DNA of 62,800 bases from NCBI GenBank assembly GCA_964010795.1, contig CAXGMH010000002.1:1-62800 (forward strand), read 5' to 3'. The notes under the pieces were generated by a model, which saw only the letters and a list, made by a program, of their open reading frames with translations, ran no database searches and was not told the origin of the DNA. Below are positions 8,825 through 18,668 of this stretch, one piece after another (within the stretch, counting starts at the first letter, position 1; each line of letters begins with the position of its first letter). The stretch comes from an uncultured Alphaproteobacteria bacterium (lineage in GTDB: Bacteria; Pseudomonadota; Alphaproteobacteria; Micavibrionales; UBA9664). A program made the translations under genes and the position numbers.

Positions 8825-11095
8825 ATGAGTCTCACAGATTTCACAGAAGAAGATACGCCAAGCTCAAACAGCGCGCAGGCACCCGCCTATATGGGCGGGC
8901 TGAACACGGCGCAGCGCGACGCCGTGAATCACATAGACGGGCCTTTGCTTGTGTTGGCAGGTGCAGGCACAGGAAAAACGCGTGTGCTCACAACACGTCT
9001 TGCGCATATCCTCCATAGCCGCAAGGCCTTTCCCGGCCAGATTCTGGCAGTGACTTTTACCAACAAGGCCGCAAGTGAAATGAAAGAGCGAGTCTCGCAT
9101 TTGCTTGGTGGAGCGCCTGTTGAAGGGTGGTGGCTTGGCACGTTCCACGCTCTATGTGCGCGGATGTTACGCCGTCACGCAGATCTTGTCGGCTTGAGCT
9201 CTGATTTCACAATCATCGATACAGACGACCAGATCCGCCTTATCAAGCAGTTGATGGAGGCCGATAATATCGACACAAAGAAATGGCAGCCCAAAGTCAT
9301 TGCCGGCATCATCAGCCGCTTCAAAGATCAAGGTAAAACACCCGCTCAAGTCACCGCCGATGATACAGGCGATGTTGCCGGCGGCAAGCTGAAAGGCCTT
9401 TACGCGAAATATCAAGAGCGCCTGCGCGTTGTTAATGCCGCAGATTTCGGCGATCTTCTCTTGCATATGCTCACCATATTCCAAAAGCCCGAGCATAAAG
9501 ACGTGCTGGAAGGCTACCACCACCAATTCAAATACCTGCTCGTTGATGAGTATCAGGATACCAATGTCGCGCAATATCTCTGGCTGCGACTGCTGGCGCA
9601 AGGGTCGAAAAACCTGTGCTGTGTCGGTGATGACGACCAGTCCATCTATGGCTGGCGCGGAGCGGAGGTCGGCAATATTTTACGTTTTGAGCAAGACTTC
9701 CCCGGTGCCAAAATTGTCAGGCTCGAGCAGAATTACCGTTCAACAGGCAATATATTGAAATGCGCGGATGCGGTGATTGCACATAATGAGAACCGACTTG
9801 GTAAAACACTTTGGGCGGATGCGCCAGATGGCGATAAAATCAAGATACAAGGACTGTGGGACGGGCAAGCAGAGGCACGTTGGGTCGGCGAACAGATCGA
9901 GCGTCTGCACAGCCAGATCAGAGAAGCCACTGGCCGGAAATATAACCTCAATGATATGGCCGTTCTGGTGCGTGCAGGATTTCAAACCCGTGCCTTTGAG
10001 GAGCGTTTTATTAATATCGGCCTGCCTTACCGCGTGATCGGCGGTCCTCGCTTTTACGAACGTAAAGAGATTCGAGACGCGCTGGCTTATTTCCGTGTCG
10101 TCATGCAACCCGATGATGATTTGGCGCTGGAACGGATTATCAACACGCCCAAACGTGGCCTAGGTGACACCACCATCCAGCGCCTGCAAACCCATGCAAG
10201 AGCAAGTGGTATTTCGCTATACCGTGCGATCCTTGATTTGCTGGACACGGATGAGATCAAGCCAAAGCCACGCGGCACAATCGCAAACCTGTTGCGCGAT
10301 TTCAGCCGCTGGCGCGGGCAACTCTCGGAGGTTCATCACTGTGAGCTGGCCAAGCTTGTGCTCGATGAATCCGGCTATACAGAGATGTGGCAAAAAGATA
10401 CCAATCCGGACAGCCCCGGGCGCTTGGAAAACCTGAAAGAGCTTGTCTCGGCCATGGAAGAGTTTGAGACAATGGCAGCCTTTATGGAACACGTCGCACT
10501 TGTGATGGAAAATGACGCCAACTCATCCGCGGATATGATTACGATCATGACACTTCACGGCGCCAAAGGTCTGGAATTTCCAGCTGTATTTTTGCCCGGC
10601 TGGGAAGAAGGGCTTTTCCCCTCCCAACGCTCCATGGATGAAACAGGGCTTAAAGGGCTTGAGGAAGAGCGTAGACTTGCCTATGTCGGCATTACCCGCG
10701 CACGGGAAAAGGCCTTTATCTCTCACGCTGCCAATCGTCTAATGTATGGCAACTGGATCAATGCCATACCCTCCCGCTTTATTGATGAACTCCCTGAGGA
10801 CGCGGTTACGATCGAGGCAGAAGACGGAATGTATGGCGGCGGGAGGTCTCAACATTGGGACAGCTCAGGCACTATGTCACACAGACAAAGCAGCGGTCAT
10901 ACGTCCTTTGTACCCCGCGCTAAAACCAATCCACTGGTCGATAGTGGCGAAGGCGGTCTCAGACCTGGCTCACGCGTGCGTCACAAATCCTTTGGCGAAG
11001 GCGTTGTCATCCTTCAGGACGGCAACAAACTGGACATCCAGTTTGACAGGCAGGGGCGCAAACGCGTCCTGTCCAGCTTTATCGAAGAAGTCTAG
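8825..11095 (+). CDS. uvrD: ATP-dependent DNA helicase, UvrD/PcrA family
   Basis: Contains AGAGTGKT (Walker A), LLVDEYQDTN, VGDDDQSIYGWRGA, TLHGAKGLEF and VGITRAR helicase motifs. Confidence 0.9.
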   Translation: MSLTDFTEEDTPSSNSAQAPAYMGGLNTAQRDAVNHIDGPLLVLAGAGTGKTRVLTTRLAHILHSRKAFPGQILAVTFTNKAASEMKERVSHLLGGAPVEGWWLGTFHALCARMLRRHADLVGLSSDFTIIDTDDQIRLIKQLMEADNIDTKKWQPKVIAGIISRFKDQGKTPAQVTADDTGDVAGGKLKGLYAKYQERLRVVNAADFGDLLLHMLTIFQKPEHKDVLEGYHHQFKYLLVDEYQDTNVAQYLWLRLLAQGSKNLCCVGDDDQSIYGWRGAEVGNILRFEQDFPGAKIVRLEQNYRSTGNILKCADAVIAHNENRLGKTLWADAPDGDKIKIQGLWDGQAEARWVGEQIERLHSQIREATGRKYNLNDMAVLVRAGFQTRAFEERFINIGLPYRVIGGPRFYERKEIRDALAYFRVVMQPDDDLALERIINTPKRGLGDTTIQRLQTHARASGISLYRAILDLLDTDEIKPKPRGTIANLLRDFSRWRGQLSEVHHCELAKLVLDESGYTEMWQKDTNPDSPGRLENLKELVSAMEEFETMAAFMEHVALVMENDANSSADMITIMTLHGAKGLEFPAVFLPGWEEGLFPSQRSMDETGLKGLEEERRLAYVGITRAREKAFISHAANRLMYGNWINAIPSRFIDELPEDAVTIEAEDGMYGGGRSQHWDSSGTMSHRQSSGHTSFVPRAKTNPLVDSGEGGLRPGSRVRHKSFGEGVVILQDGNKLDIQFDRQGRKRVLSSFIEEV

Positions 11096-11766
11096 ATCCA
11101 GTCGCTCAAAAGGCCGGCCTCTTGCAAATCACCACCAATGATTAGCGAGCCAAAAATATAAAGACCGATTGCAATCATGCCACAAGACGCAACTTTACGA
11201 ACCGCATTCAAAACAGGTTCCGAGAAGCGGTGCCTGAGCCAGAAAATCGGCAAGCAATACGCTGTTACAACGATGATATGTGCGGTAATATGTGCGAGCC
11301 TGACGACAAGGATTTCAAGTGCTGTAAAATCCATCTGCCCTGAAAGAGTCGGTACAGCCGCCAAAATAAAAACAAGGTCGAACGGATTACTCAAGCTCAA
11401 AAGGAATGCGGCTATTGCGGTTTGCGTGAACCCCTGTGCCTCTAGCTCTGCGCGTTTCTTCTCACCATCTTCCGAGCTTGGGGCGACTGCTAATCCCTTT
11501 AATCCTAATGTTACAAACAACGCCGCAGCGGCCCCCTTAAGGAACACAAAAACCATACCGAAATGTTCAGGGAGAAGAGATAAGCCACCCAGCAATAAGA
11601 AATAGGTGGCCGTTCCTGCCAAAATCGTCGCGCCACTGAATACCAAAATCTGTTTCCACTGACCTGATAACGCAAAGCTGGTCGCCCCCATAATGAAGGG
11701 TCCGGGCTTGGCCATATGAAGCATGGCAGCAAAAAAGACTGGAAGAAACAGGCTCATCAACATCAC
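11092..11766 (-). CDS. LysE/RhtB-type translocator-like membrane protein
   Basis: 224 aa, about 6 TM helices, with an N-terminal KPGP motif. Confidence 0.5.
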   Translation of the reverse strand: MMLMSLFLPVFFAAMLHMAKPGPFIMGATSFALSGQWKQILVFSGATILAGTATYFLLLGGLSLLPEHFGMVFVFLKGAAAALFVTLGLKGLAVAPSSEDGEKKRAELEAQGFTQTAIAAFLLSLSNPFDLVFILAAVPTLSGQMDFTALEILVVRLAHITAHIIVVTAYCLPIFWLRHRFSEPVLNAVRKVASCGMIAIGLYIFGSLIIGGDLQEAGLLSDWI

Positions 11767-11820
11767 AAGAGCCTAAACCGCCCGCTTGTAACGGTCAATA
11801 AAAACGGATAGTTTAATCCT

Positions 11821-13068
11821 ATGACACTAGAATGGATAAGTTTTGGATTGGGGCTTGGCTTTGGCGTTTTGATCGCGGGGCTGGCACTTGGATATTTTGC
11901 GCTAAAAGGTCTGCGTGCAAAAGCACAGGATAATGAGATCGATGCGCTTAAAACCCGCCGTGCAGAGCTTGAGACCGAATTACGCCTTGAAAAACAAGCA
12001 ATCACAGAAGCACGCGAAGCGCTCAGCCACCAGTTCACTTCACTCTCTCAAGAGGTTTTAAGCAAAAACGCCGAGCAGTTTTTAACCCTCGCACAGGAAA
12101 AACTCAAACACGCCCAAGGCGATGCGCGGCATGATCTTGAGAAACGCCAAACGGCTATCAATGAGCTGATTAAGCCGATCAAGACACATCTGGAAAAACT
12201 AGAGGCAGCCGTTGAACAGGCCAAAGGTACAGACCAATCGTTGATGGAACAGGTTCAACATTTACAAAAAACCGCAATGCGTATTGACGGTGCTTTGCGT
12301 AATCCACGCCACCAAGGAGCATGGGGTGAAAAAGTACTGGAAGGTCTTCTTGAACATTCCGGCCTGATGAAAGGCGTACATTTCCGCTCACAGCAAGAGC
12401 TACATATTGACGGGCAAAAGCTGCGTCCTGACTATGTGATATCGCTTGGTGACGGGCTGAACATCATTGTTGACGCCAAAGCCCCGATCCATGATTTCAG
12501 CGAGAAAATTTCCGAGACGGATAGTGAAGTAGAATATAAAGCGCATACGGCGAAACTGGCGCAGCAAATCCGCAGCCATGTACAAGAATTGCGCAAACGT
12601 TCTTATTGGGAAGGAATCGATAATGTCGATTTCACGGTCATGTTTTTACCATCCGAACACGTTTTCTCGGCAGCGCTTCAGGCCGACCCTCATCTAATCG
12701 ACTATGCCGCAGAAAGCAAGATCATCGTAGTCTCTCCGACACTTATGCTCTCGTTGCTTAAAGTCGTGAGCTTTTCCTGGCGACAGGCAGAGCTGGCCGA
12801 AAATGCCAAGGCAATATCGGAAAGTGGTGCCGAACTTCACAAACGTCTAGGCAAATTCAGCGAGTATTTGGGTAAAATGGGACGTGGCCTCTCACAAGCT
12901 ATTGGTGCCTATGACGATGCAGTCGGGTCTTTCGAAGCGCGTGTCCTGCCACAAGCGCGACAGCTCGAAGAGCTCCACGTCACCTCAAAAGGAACGCAAG
13001 GGCTGGAAAGCCCAGGCAAACTGGAGAAATCTCCACGCAAGCTACAAGCTTTGACTTCCGACACATAA
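11821..13068 (+). CDS. rmuC: DNA recombination protein RmuC
   Basis: An N-terminal TM helix, a long coiled coil, then the conserved RPDYVI...DAK...MFLPSE nuclease-like core. Confidence 0.88.
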   Translation: MTLEWISFGLGLGFGVLIAGLALGYFALKGLRAKAQDNEIDALKTRRAELETELRLEKQAITEAREALSHQFTSLSQEVLSKNAEQFLTLAQEKLKHAQGDARHDLEKRQTAINELIKPIKTHLEKLEAAVEQAKGTDQSLMEQVQHLQKTAMRIDGALRNPRHQGAWGEKVLEGLLEHSGLMKGVHFRSQQELHIDGQKLRPDYVISLGDGLNIIVDAKAPIHDFSEKISETDSEVEYKAHTAKLAQQIRSHVQELRKRSYWEGIDNVDFTVMFLPSEHVFSAALQADPHLIDYAAESKIIVVSPTLMLSLLKVVSFSWRQAELAENAKAISESGAELHKRLGKFSEYLGKMGRGLSQAIGAYDDAVGSFEARVLPQARQLEELHVTSKGTQGLESPGKLEKSPRKLQALTSDT

Positions 13069-13111
13069 GCCACTAAATAAACACTTAAACTTTAAAGGGT
13101 AAAATATCATT

Positions 13112-13699
13112 ATGAGTTTAATGGATGTTATCATTGTTCCCGATCCTGTTTTGAGGCAGGAGGCAAAAGTCGTCGAGACTATCAATGACGACGTTGCCGC
13201 CATATTGGATAATATGGCCGAGACAATGTATGAGAGTAACGGTATCGGTCTGGCCGCCAATCAAGTCGCCTTGCTAAAGCGCGTCCTTGTTATGGATGTA
13301 CCGAAAGGATGCTGGGAATATAAGGGCAAAGACCGCCACGGCATCATGCAAATCGGGCCGTCCTCGCAGGCAAAGGAGCAAGAGACGCAAAACCTCTTAC
13401 AAATGGTTAACCCCGAGATTGTTCAAGCCTCCGAGCTGCGCTCTGTTTACTCAGAGGGATGTCTGTCCATTCCCGGTCAATATGCCGAGGTGGAACGTCC
13501 GGCCAAAGTAACCGTGAAATACATCGACAAGCACGGCAAAGAACAGGTCTCGGATTTCGAAGGTCTCGATTCGCACTGCGTTCAGCATGAAATCGACCAC
13601 CTCAATGGCGTCCTGTTCGTCGATTATCTATCTCGCCTGAAACGCAACACGATATTGCGCAAGGTTGAAAAAGCCAACAAGCATACCCAGCTTTTGTAA
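13112..13699 (+). CDS. def: Peptide deformylase
   Basis: Contains the GIGLAANQV, EGCLSIPG and HEIDHLNG motifs. Confidence 0.92.
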   Translation: MSLMDVIIVPDPVLRQEAKVVETINDDVAAILDNMAETMYESNGIGLAANQVALLKRVLVMDVPKGCWEYKGKDRHGIMQIGPSSQAKEQETQNLLQMVNPEIVQASELRSVYSEGCLSIPGQYAEVERPAKVTVKYIDKHGKEQVSDFEGLDSHCVQHEIDHLNGVLFVDYLSRLKRNTILRKVEKANKHTQLL

Positions 13700-14603
13700 T
13701 ATGGGGTCATTTACCGATATCCGCGAAAAACTGATCGCTAAGCTTCCAGAAGGCGCAAAACCTTATGCGTTGCTGGCAAGGCTGGATCGCCCCGTCGGAG
13801 TGTGGCTATTGCTCCTGCCCTGTCTTTACGCCATTTTGATGGGAGCGGATGGCGGTTTCTCGCTCACTCTTTCTGATGCCAAAACTCTTACCATTGCCGT
13901 CATCGGTGCGTTCTTAATGCGCGCAGCCGGATGCACTATCAACGATCTATGGGACCGTAAAATCGACGCAAAAGTCGAGCGCACATCCCGGCGCCCGCTG
14001 GCAAGCGGTGCTCTACAGCCCAGACAGGCCATCCTTTTTCTGGCCAGTCTATTAGGGCTTTCGCTTTTACTATTATTACAACTCCCGCTCTTGAGTATAT
14101 TCATCGGCTTTGCCGCAATTATTCCGATCATATTATACCCGCTGATGAAGCGGATTACATACTGGCCACAGGCTTTCCTTGGCGTCACCTTTAACCTCGG
14201 CATTCTGATCTTATGGCCGGTTTATGCTGACCCTCTCCCTGCTCAGGCCTATGTGCTTTATCTCTCCTGCATTTTCTGGACATTGGCTTATGACACAATC
14301 TACGCACATCAAGACATCCGCGACGATATAGCGGTCGGTGTAAAATCAACCGCACTCAAATTCGGCGAACACAGCAAAACAATCGTGAGTGTCTTTTATA
14401 TTTTGTTTTTTATAGGTGTTCTTATTGCAGGAAAACTGAATGAAGCACCGCTTTTGTTTTACCCGCTTATGCTGATCCCGATCTGGAATGTCCGTACGCT
14501 TTTAAGACACTGGAATCCCGATGACCAGCAAAGCTCGCTTGACGGCTTCAAGGCCAATATAGGCCTCGGCTTATCATTGCTGATCCCGATGATCTTCAGT
14601 TAA
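13700..14603 (+). CDS. ubiA: 4-hydroxybenzoate polyprenyltransferase
   Basis: UbiA prenyltransferase motifs NDLWDRKID and YAHQDIRDD, with 8-9 TM helices. I trimmed the start to ATG 13700, just after the def stop. Confidence 0.85.
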
Positions 14604-15244
14604 TTGAGCTTGGCCAGAATATCGGCAACAATCTCGGCGGCTGGTGTTTCGATTTTATAAATCGAGCGCAAAGTATCGTCAGGGCTCATCAGATAAATAA
14701 AGGATGAATGATCGACAGTGTAGTCGGACATCGTCTCATCCTGAAATTTCGCCGCATAGACACGGTATTCTTGCTTTGCCGCCTCTACCTGATCGACACT
14801 TCCGGTCAAACCAACCAATGCAGGATGGAAAAGCGATACATATTCGGCCATCACAGGCACTGTATCCCTCTCTGGATCGACCGAGATAAAGAGCAAATGC
14901 AATTGCTCCTGAATCTCTGTTGGAAGTTGCGCATAAGCCTCGCTGATTTTTTGTAACTCTGTCGGACAGATTGCCGGACAATAGGTAAAGCCGAAATAAA
15001 TCAGCTTATGCTTATCCGCATAATCTGCCTGAGTAACGGTCTCTCCCTCATGATTGACCAGTGTGAACGGGCCACCGATCGGCACACCGGCCATATCGCC
15101 TGTGATTGCCGTGCCGCCACCGCTTGTCGTCTGACCATTATCGTGATGGCGGGCGAAATAAATTTGAATGGCAGCAATTGCGACCATAAAAAATGTTGCT
15201 AAAGCTATAAATCGAATACGTGTCATATGAGGTAATATATACAA
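14600..15244 (-). CDS. SCO1/SenC copper chaperone
   Basis: An N-terminal TM helix, the FGFTYCPAICPTEL CxxxC motif, and a conserved H in TVDHSS. Confidence 0.85.
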   Translation of the reverse strand: MYILPHMTRIRFIALATFFMVAIAAIQIYFARHHDNGQTTSGGGTAITGDMAGVPIGGPFTLVNHEGETVTQADYADKHKLIYFGFTYCPAICPTELQKISEAYAQLPTEIQEQLHLLFISVDPERDTVPVMAEYVSLFHPALVGLTGSVDQVEAAKQEYRVYAAKFQDETMSDYTVDHSSFIYLMSPDDTLRSIYKIETPAAEIVADILAKLN

Positions 15245-15308
15245 CGCTCTTATTTTGCCAAGAGCCTGCCGAGATCACAACCAACTAAACGGTTTTGCCT
15301 GATTTTTC

Positions 15309-16409
15309 TTAAGGACGGGGTGATGGCGTTACAATTGCACGGTCTCCGACGCTATATGCTATTGGTTGCTCTTTCTCAAAGGCGACACCCGGAGGGGCCA
15401 TAGATAGCGTGTCGCTTCGAAGTTGAGGCACGCGCTTTGCCATTGCATTCTCACTCTCATATAAGGACACATTCCAAACAGCCTCACTGCCGTATTGACT
15501 CTTCATTCTGTAATCAAGCCCGCGCTTGTCATCGAGGATAAAATGGCTTGCACCGTAAAGTATAGCGACTCTACCCGCAGCATCGTTCTGTGCTCGGTGA
15601 TCCTCAATCGCCTGAATGGCAATATCCGCTGTTCGGCGATCATCTAATCTTTGCTCATATTGATACTTCCGAAGAGAACCTTCTGCCGCGAGGAAACGTT
15701 CCTCTTCTTCTCGGCCTGCTTCTCGCCAATATCTATTATATTCTCTTTGATAGATACGCTCATCCAAGCCCTCTGCTCCCAAAATCTCTTCACTATATCT
15801 ATCAACAATTCTTGTTATTATTGCCGTATGGTGCCTGTGATATAATGCACTTGCCTCTTGAATATGAGGTGGAGCGTTTTCTATGAGTTCCATGTCAATC
15901 GTAGCACCTTGCCCCGAATCGATGAAAGCGACCTCCATGCCGTTACGGCCAGCAGCTGATACCATGCTCAATAAGGTCAATGTATTTTCTCTGCGTTCTG
16001 CTTCAGTGTCCCCGGCAAACACAAAATAATTTGGATGACGTTCCATAAATTCTTCCGCTGTGATCTTACCTGCGGCCAGAAGCTCTCCACTCTCTTGATA
16101 AATATGGGGTATCTCAAAGAATATGGCCGTATGGCCAGTATCGGCCAAGGCCGTCATACCTTCATCCGCAAGAAAACGGTACACACCCTGCGCCTGATGA
16201 TCATTATCGTGCAAAAGCGTAATACGGGCGCTGTCTGGTGCGTTATGAAGCACCGAGTGAAAGCCATCGTCTTGCTTCCCCTCACTATGAAGATGAACAG
16301 AATCAACGCTTACAGATGGCGTAATCTGAGATGGTTCCTCATACCCGCTTGTTGCAGCAACCATAAAGGCTGCTACTGATGTTATAATCGGTGCTAAAAA
16401 TACTGCCAT
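15309..16409 (-). CDS. Secreted hypothetical protein, possible Tiki/ChaN/TraB-superfamily fold
   Basis: 366 aa with an N-terminal hydrophobic signal or anchor. RITLLHDNDH and RVAILYGASHF resemble the paired GxxH-type motifs of that superfamily. AGGGGAG lies upstream of the ATG. Confidence 0.55.
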   Translation of the reverse strand: MAVFLAPIITSVAAFMVAATSGYEEPSQITPSVSVDSVHLHSEGKQDDGFHSVLHNAPDSARITLLHDNDHQAQGVYRFLADEGMTALADTGHTAIFFEIPHIYQESGELLAAGKITAEEFMERHPNYFVFAGDTEAERRENTLTLLSMVSAAGRNGMEVAFIDSGQGATIDMELIENAPPHIQEASALYHRHHTAIITRIVDRYSEEILGAEGLDERIYQREYNRYWREAGREEEERFLAAEGSLRKYQYEQRLDDRRTADIAIQAIEDHRAQNDAAGRVAILYGASHFILDDKRGLDYRMKSQYGSEAVWNVSLYESENAMAKRVPQLRSDTLSMAPPGVAFEKEQPIAYSVGDRAIVTPSPRP

Positions 16410-16431
16410 TACTCCCCTAACCTTAACGCAA

Positions 16432-16461
16432 ATTCTAACACAAAAATATAAATTATGTCAA
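16432..16461 (-). promoter_or_regulatory. Candidate sigma70-type promoter for 15309..16409
   Basis: On the minus strand: TTGACA (16461-16456), N18, TAGAAT (16437-16432). Confidence 0.45.
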
Positions 16462-16513
16462 TAAATTGCGTTGCGAATTAGCAAGGAATAATCTCGATCA
16501 AGACGGTGAGACC

Positions 16514-17269
16514 TTAGAGTACATCCAGCATTTTAGCCACAAGCGGATGTCTGACGATATCACTCTGACTAAGCTCGATGATGCCGATACCCTCGACCCA
16601 TTCGAGCTTGCTCACCAGTGTTCTGTATCCCGATAGCCCGTCCAATAGATCCGACTGGTCAGGATCTCCCGTTAACACCATTGTTGAATGCCACCCCAAG
16701 CGAGAGACAATCATCTTAAGCTGTTGGTAGGTACAGTTTTGTGCCTCGTCAATGACCACAAAGGCATTATTAAGCGTACGTCCGCGCATAAAGCCGACAG
16801 GTGCGATCTCAATTGTGCCGTCTTCCATATATTGACGCAAACGCTTGCCGCCCAGACGGTCACCCAGCGCATCGAAAAGCGGGCGTAAATAAGGCGCCAT
16901 TTTCTCATACATATCGCCCGGCAAATAACCGATCGACTCACCTGCGTCTGTGGCCGGACGAGAAAGAACGATGCGTTCTACTTCACCATCTTCAAGCGCC
17001 TCAACCGCGGCTGCAATTGCCAAATATGTTTTTCCGGTTCCTGCTGGGCCTGTCGCTATGGTCAATGAGTTCTCCTCGATAGAATCCATTAAGTCTTTCT
17101 GGCCGTCAGAACGAGGCTTTACGCGTTTGAGGTATTTTTTGTCCCGCTGATTATCAATTTGTTCATCCAGAGGATCCCAGTCTACAGACTCAAAGATCGG
17201 CTCGATATTGCTTCGGCCTGTGTTGAATTTCTGTTCTTGTTTTAGGCTGCGTTTGGAACGTTTTGCCAT
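16514..17269 (-). CDS. phoH: PhoH family ATPase
   Basis: Contains GPAGTGKTYLA (Walker A), VVIDEAQN (Walker B) and LTGDPDQSD. Confidence 0.9.
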   Translation of the reverse strand: MAKRSKRSLKQEQKFNTGRSNIEPIFESVDWDPLDEQIDNQRDKKYLKRVKPRSDGQKDLMDSIEENSLTIATGPAGTGKTYLAIAAAVEALEDGEVERIVLSRPATDAGESIGYLPGDMYEKMAPYLRPLFDALGDRLGGKRLRQYMEDGTIEIAPVGFMRGRTLNNAFVVIDEAQNCTYQQLKMIVSRLGWHSTMVLTGDPDQSDLLDGLSGYRTLVSKLEWVEGIGIIELSQSDIVRHPLVAKMLDVL

Positions 17270-17605
17270 GGGAGGTCCTCCTTGGGGTTAAGGTGAGGTG
17301 GGGTGATATATGGCCAATGGCATGGGAGAAGCGCATATATCCTGATCGGGCAAAGCGAATGCTTTTTGCCGGATAAGACTGTCTAGCGGAGAATAAAGTC
17401 AAAAAGAGGTTAGGCCGGTTTACCCGGCTGAGTGTTATGGCGGGAATGGCTTTGGTTCGTATATGTGTCAATAAAACCGTCGCATTTAAGTGCTCAACCT
17501 ATATCAAGCATCTCAGATTCGGTTAACAAAGTGCAAATTTATTTAGCTGTATAGAGATTTATCCACTTTCTTGGATAATGCCCAAACAAATGCTATTTTC
17601 ATGAG

Positions 17606-17797
17606 ATGGATAAGGATACACAGAGCAAAGCTAAACTGACCAACGCGCAAACTGACACCGAAAGTGGCGCAGAAGGCCTGCCCCCCGAAGAAGAAATGAG
17701 ACGTTCACTCGATGCCCTTAAGGTCATGCATCAGCGTGGCCTGATTTCCGATCAAGAATATGAGACACGTAAACAAGACTTTATCAGCAACACATAG
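17606..17797 (+). CDS. Small SHOCT-domain-like protein
   Basis: In this 63-aa ORF, the C-terminal LDALKVMHQRGLISDQEYETRKQDFI fits the SHOCT pattern. Confidence 0.45.
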   Translation: MDKDTQSKAKLTNAQTDTESGAEGLPPEEEMRRSLDALKVMHQRGLISDQEYETRKQDFISNT

Positions 17798-17842
17798 GGC
17801 AATTATATTGACATATTAATTTACACAGGATATTAATACTTC

Positions 17843-18655
17843 ATGAAAAATTCAAATACATATACACCCGCTCAAAAGCGTCAGATTGCAGGAAATACAG
17901 CCACTGATACGCCATTCCTGTTTGAATCCTTTAATTCCTTGATTGCACTTCAATCGCATCCTATTTTGGCCGCTGTTAATCTTGGCTTTGCGTTCTTCGT
18001 CGCAGCTGTACGCTATCAAAGCGAAAAAATCGCACTGGGCAAGCAAGAACAGTCAGAGAAGCCGTCAAAATTTTCTGCCATCAGAGACAACTTTGTCGGC
18101 AATCTCGGCGCCTCACTCGAAGCATCGGGCGTCGTACTTGGTCTCGTCAGTCTTGCCGGAATCGGGCTCGCCGCGCTATCAGGCGCCACTCTTATGCCTG
18201 CGCTTATCCTCGGCGCCTTCGGAATTGCAAATTTCGCACGCGGTTTTGCAATGCGCTTTGAGCAGGACAGTGCAAAACGTAAATTACTAGACACAGTTGG
18301 CATTGGCTTTGCTGCTTTGGGTTGTATTCTTGTTGCACCCGCCTCCCCACTTATTGTCAAAGGCATTATTGCTGGTGCGGCCGTGCTTGAGGCCGGCAAG
18401 GCTTTTGGTGCTAAATTTATTCCAAATGGGGCGCCTGATGTAACATTCGCGGCAGGTCTGGTTGGTAACGCCTTCTTTAGCGGCAACCCTCTATACGCCC
18501 TTGCAAATCTTGGTTTTGCAGCAGCCTTTATGAGCCTTGCAGCAACAAAAACAAAAGGCGGTCCGGTTCAATGGATCAGACATTGGACAGAGTTTCAGGA
18601 TAAAGACGCTATTGCCCAAGAAACATCGCACACAACGCAAACACCAAAACCGTAA
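17843..18655 (+). CDS. Hypothetical multi-pass membrane protein
   Basis: 270 aa with Gly/Ala-rich TM helices and no catalytic motif. Confidence 0.55.
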   Translation: MKNSNTYTPAQKRQIAGNTATDTPFLFESFNSLIALQSHPILAAVNLGFAFFVAAVRYQSEKIALGKQEQSEKPSKFSAIRDNFVGNLGASLEASGVVLGLVSLAGIGLAALSGATLMPALILGAFGIANFARGFAMRFEQDSAKRKLLDTVGIGFAALGCILVAPASPLIVKGIIAGAAVLEAGKAFGAKFIPNGAPDVTFAAGLVGNAFFSGNPLYALANLGFAAAFMSLAATKTKGGPVQWIRHWTEFQDKDAIAQETSHTTQTPKP

Positions 18656-18668
18656 ACGACGCAGACAA

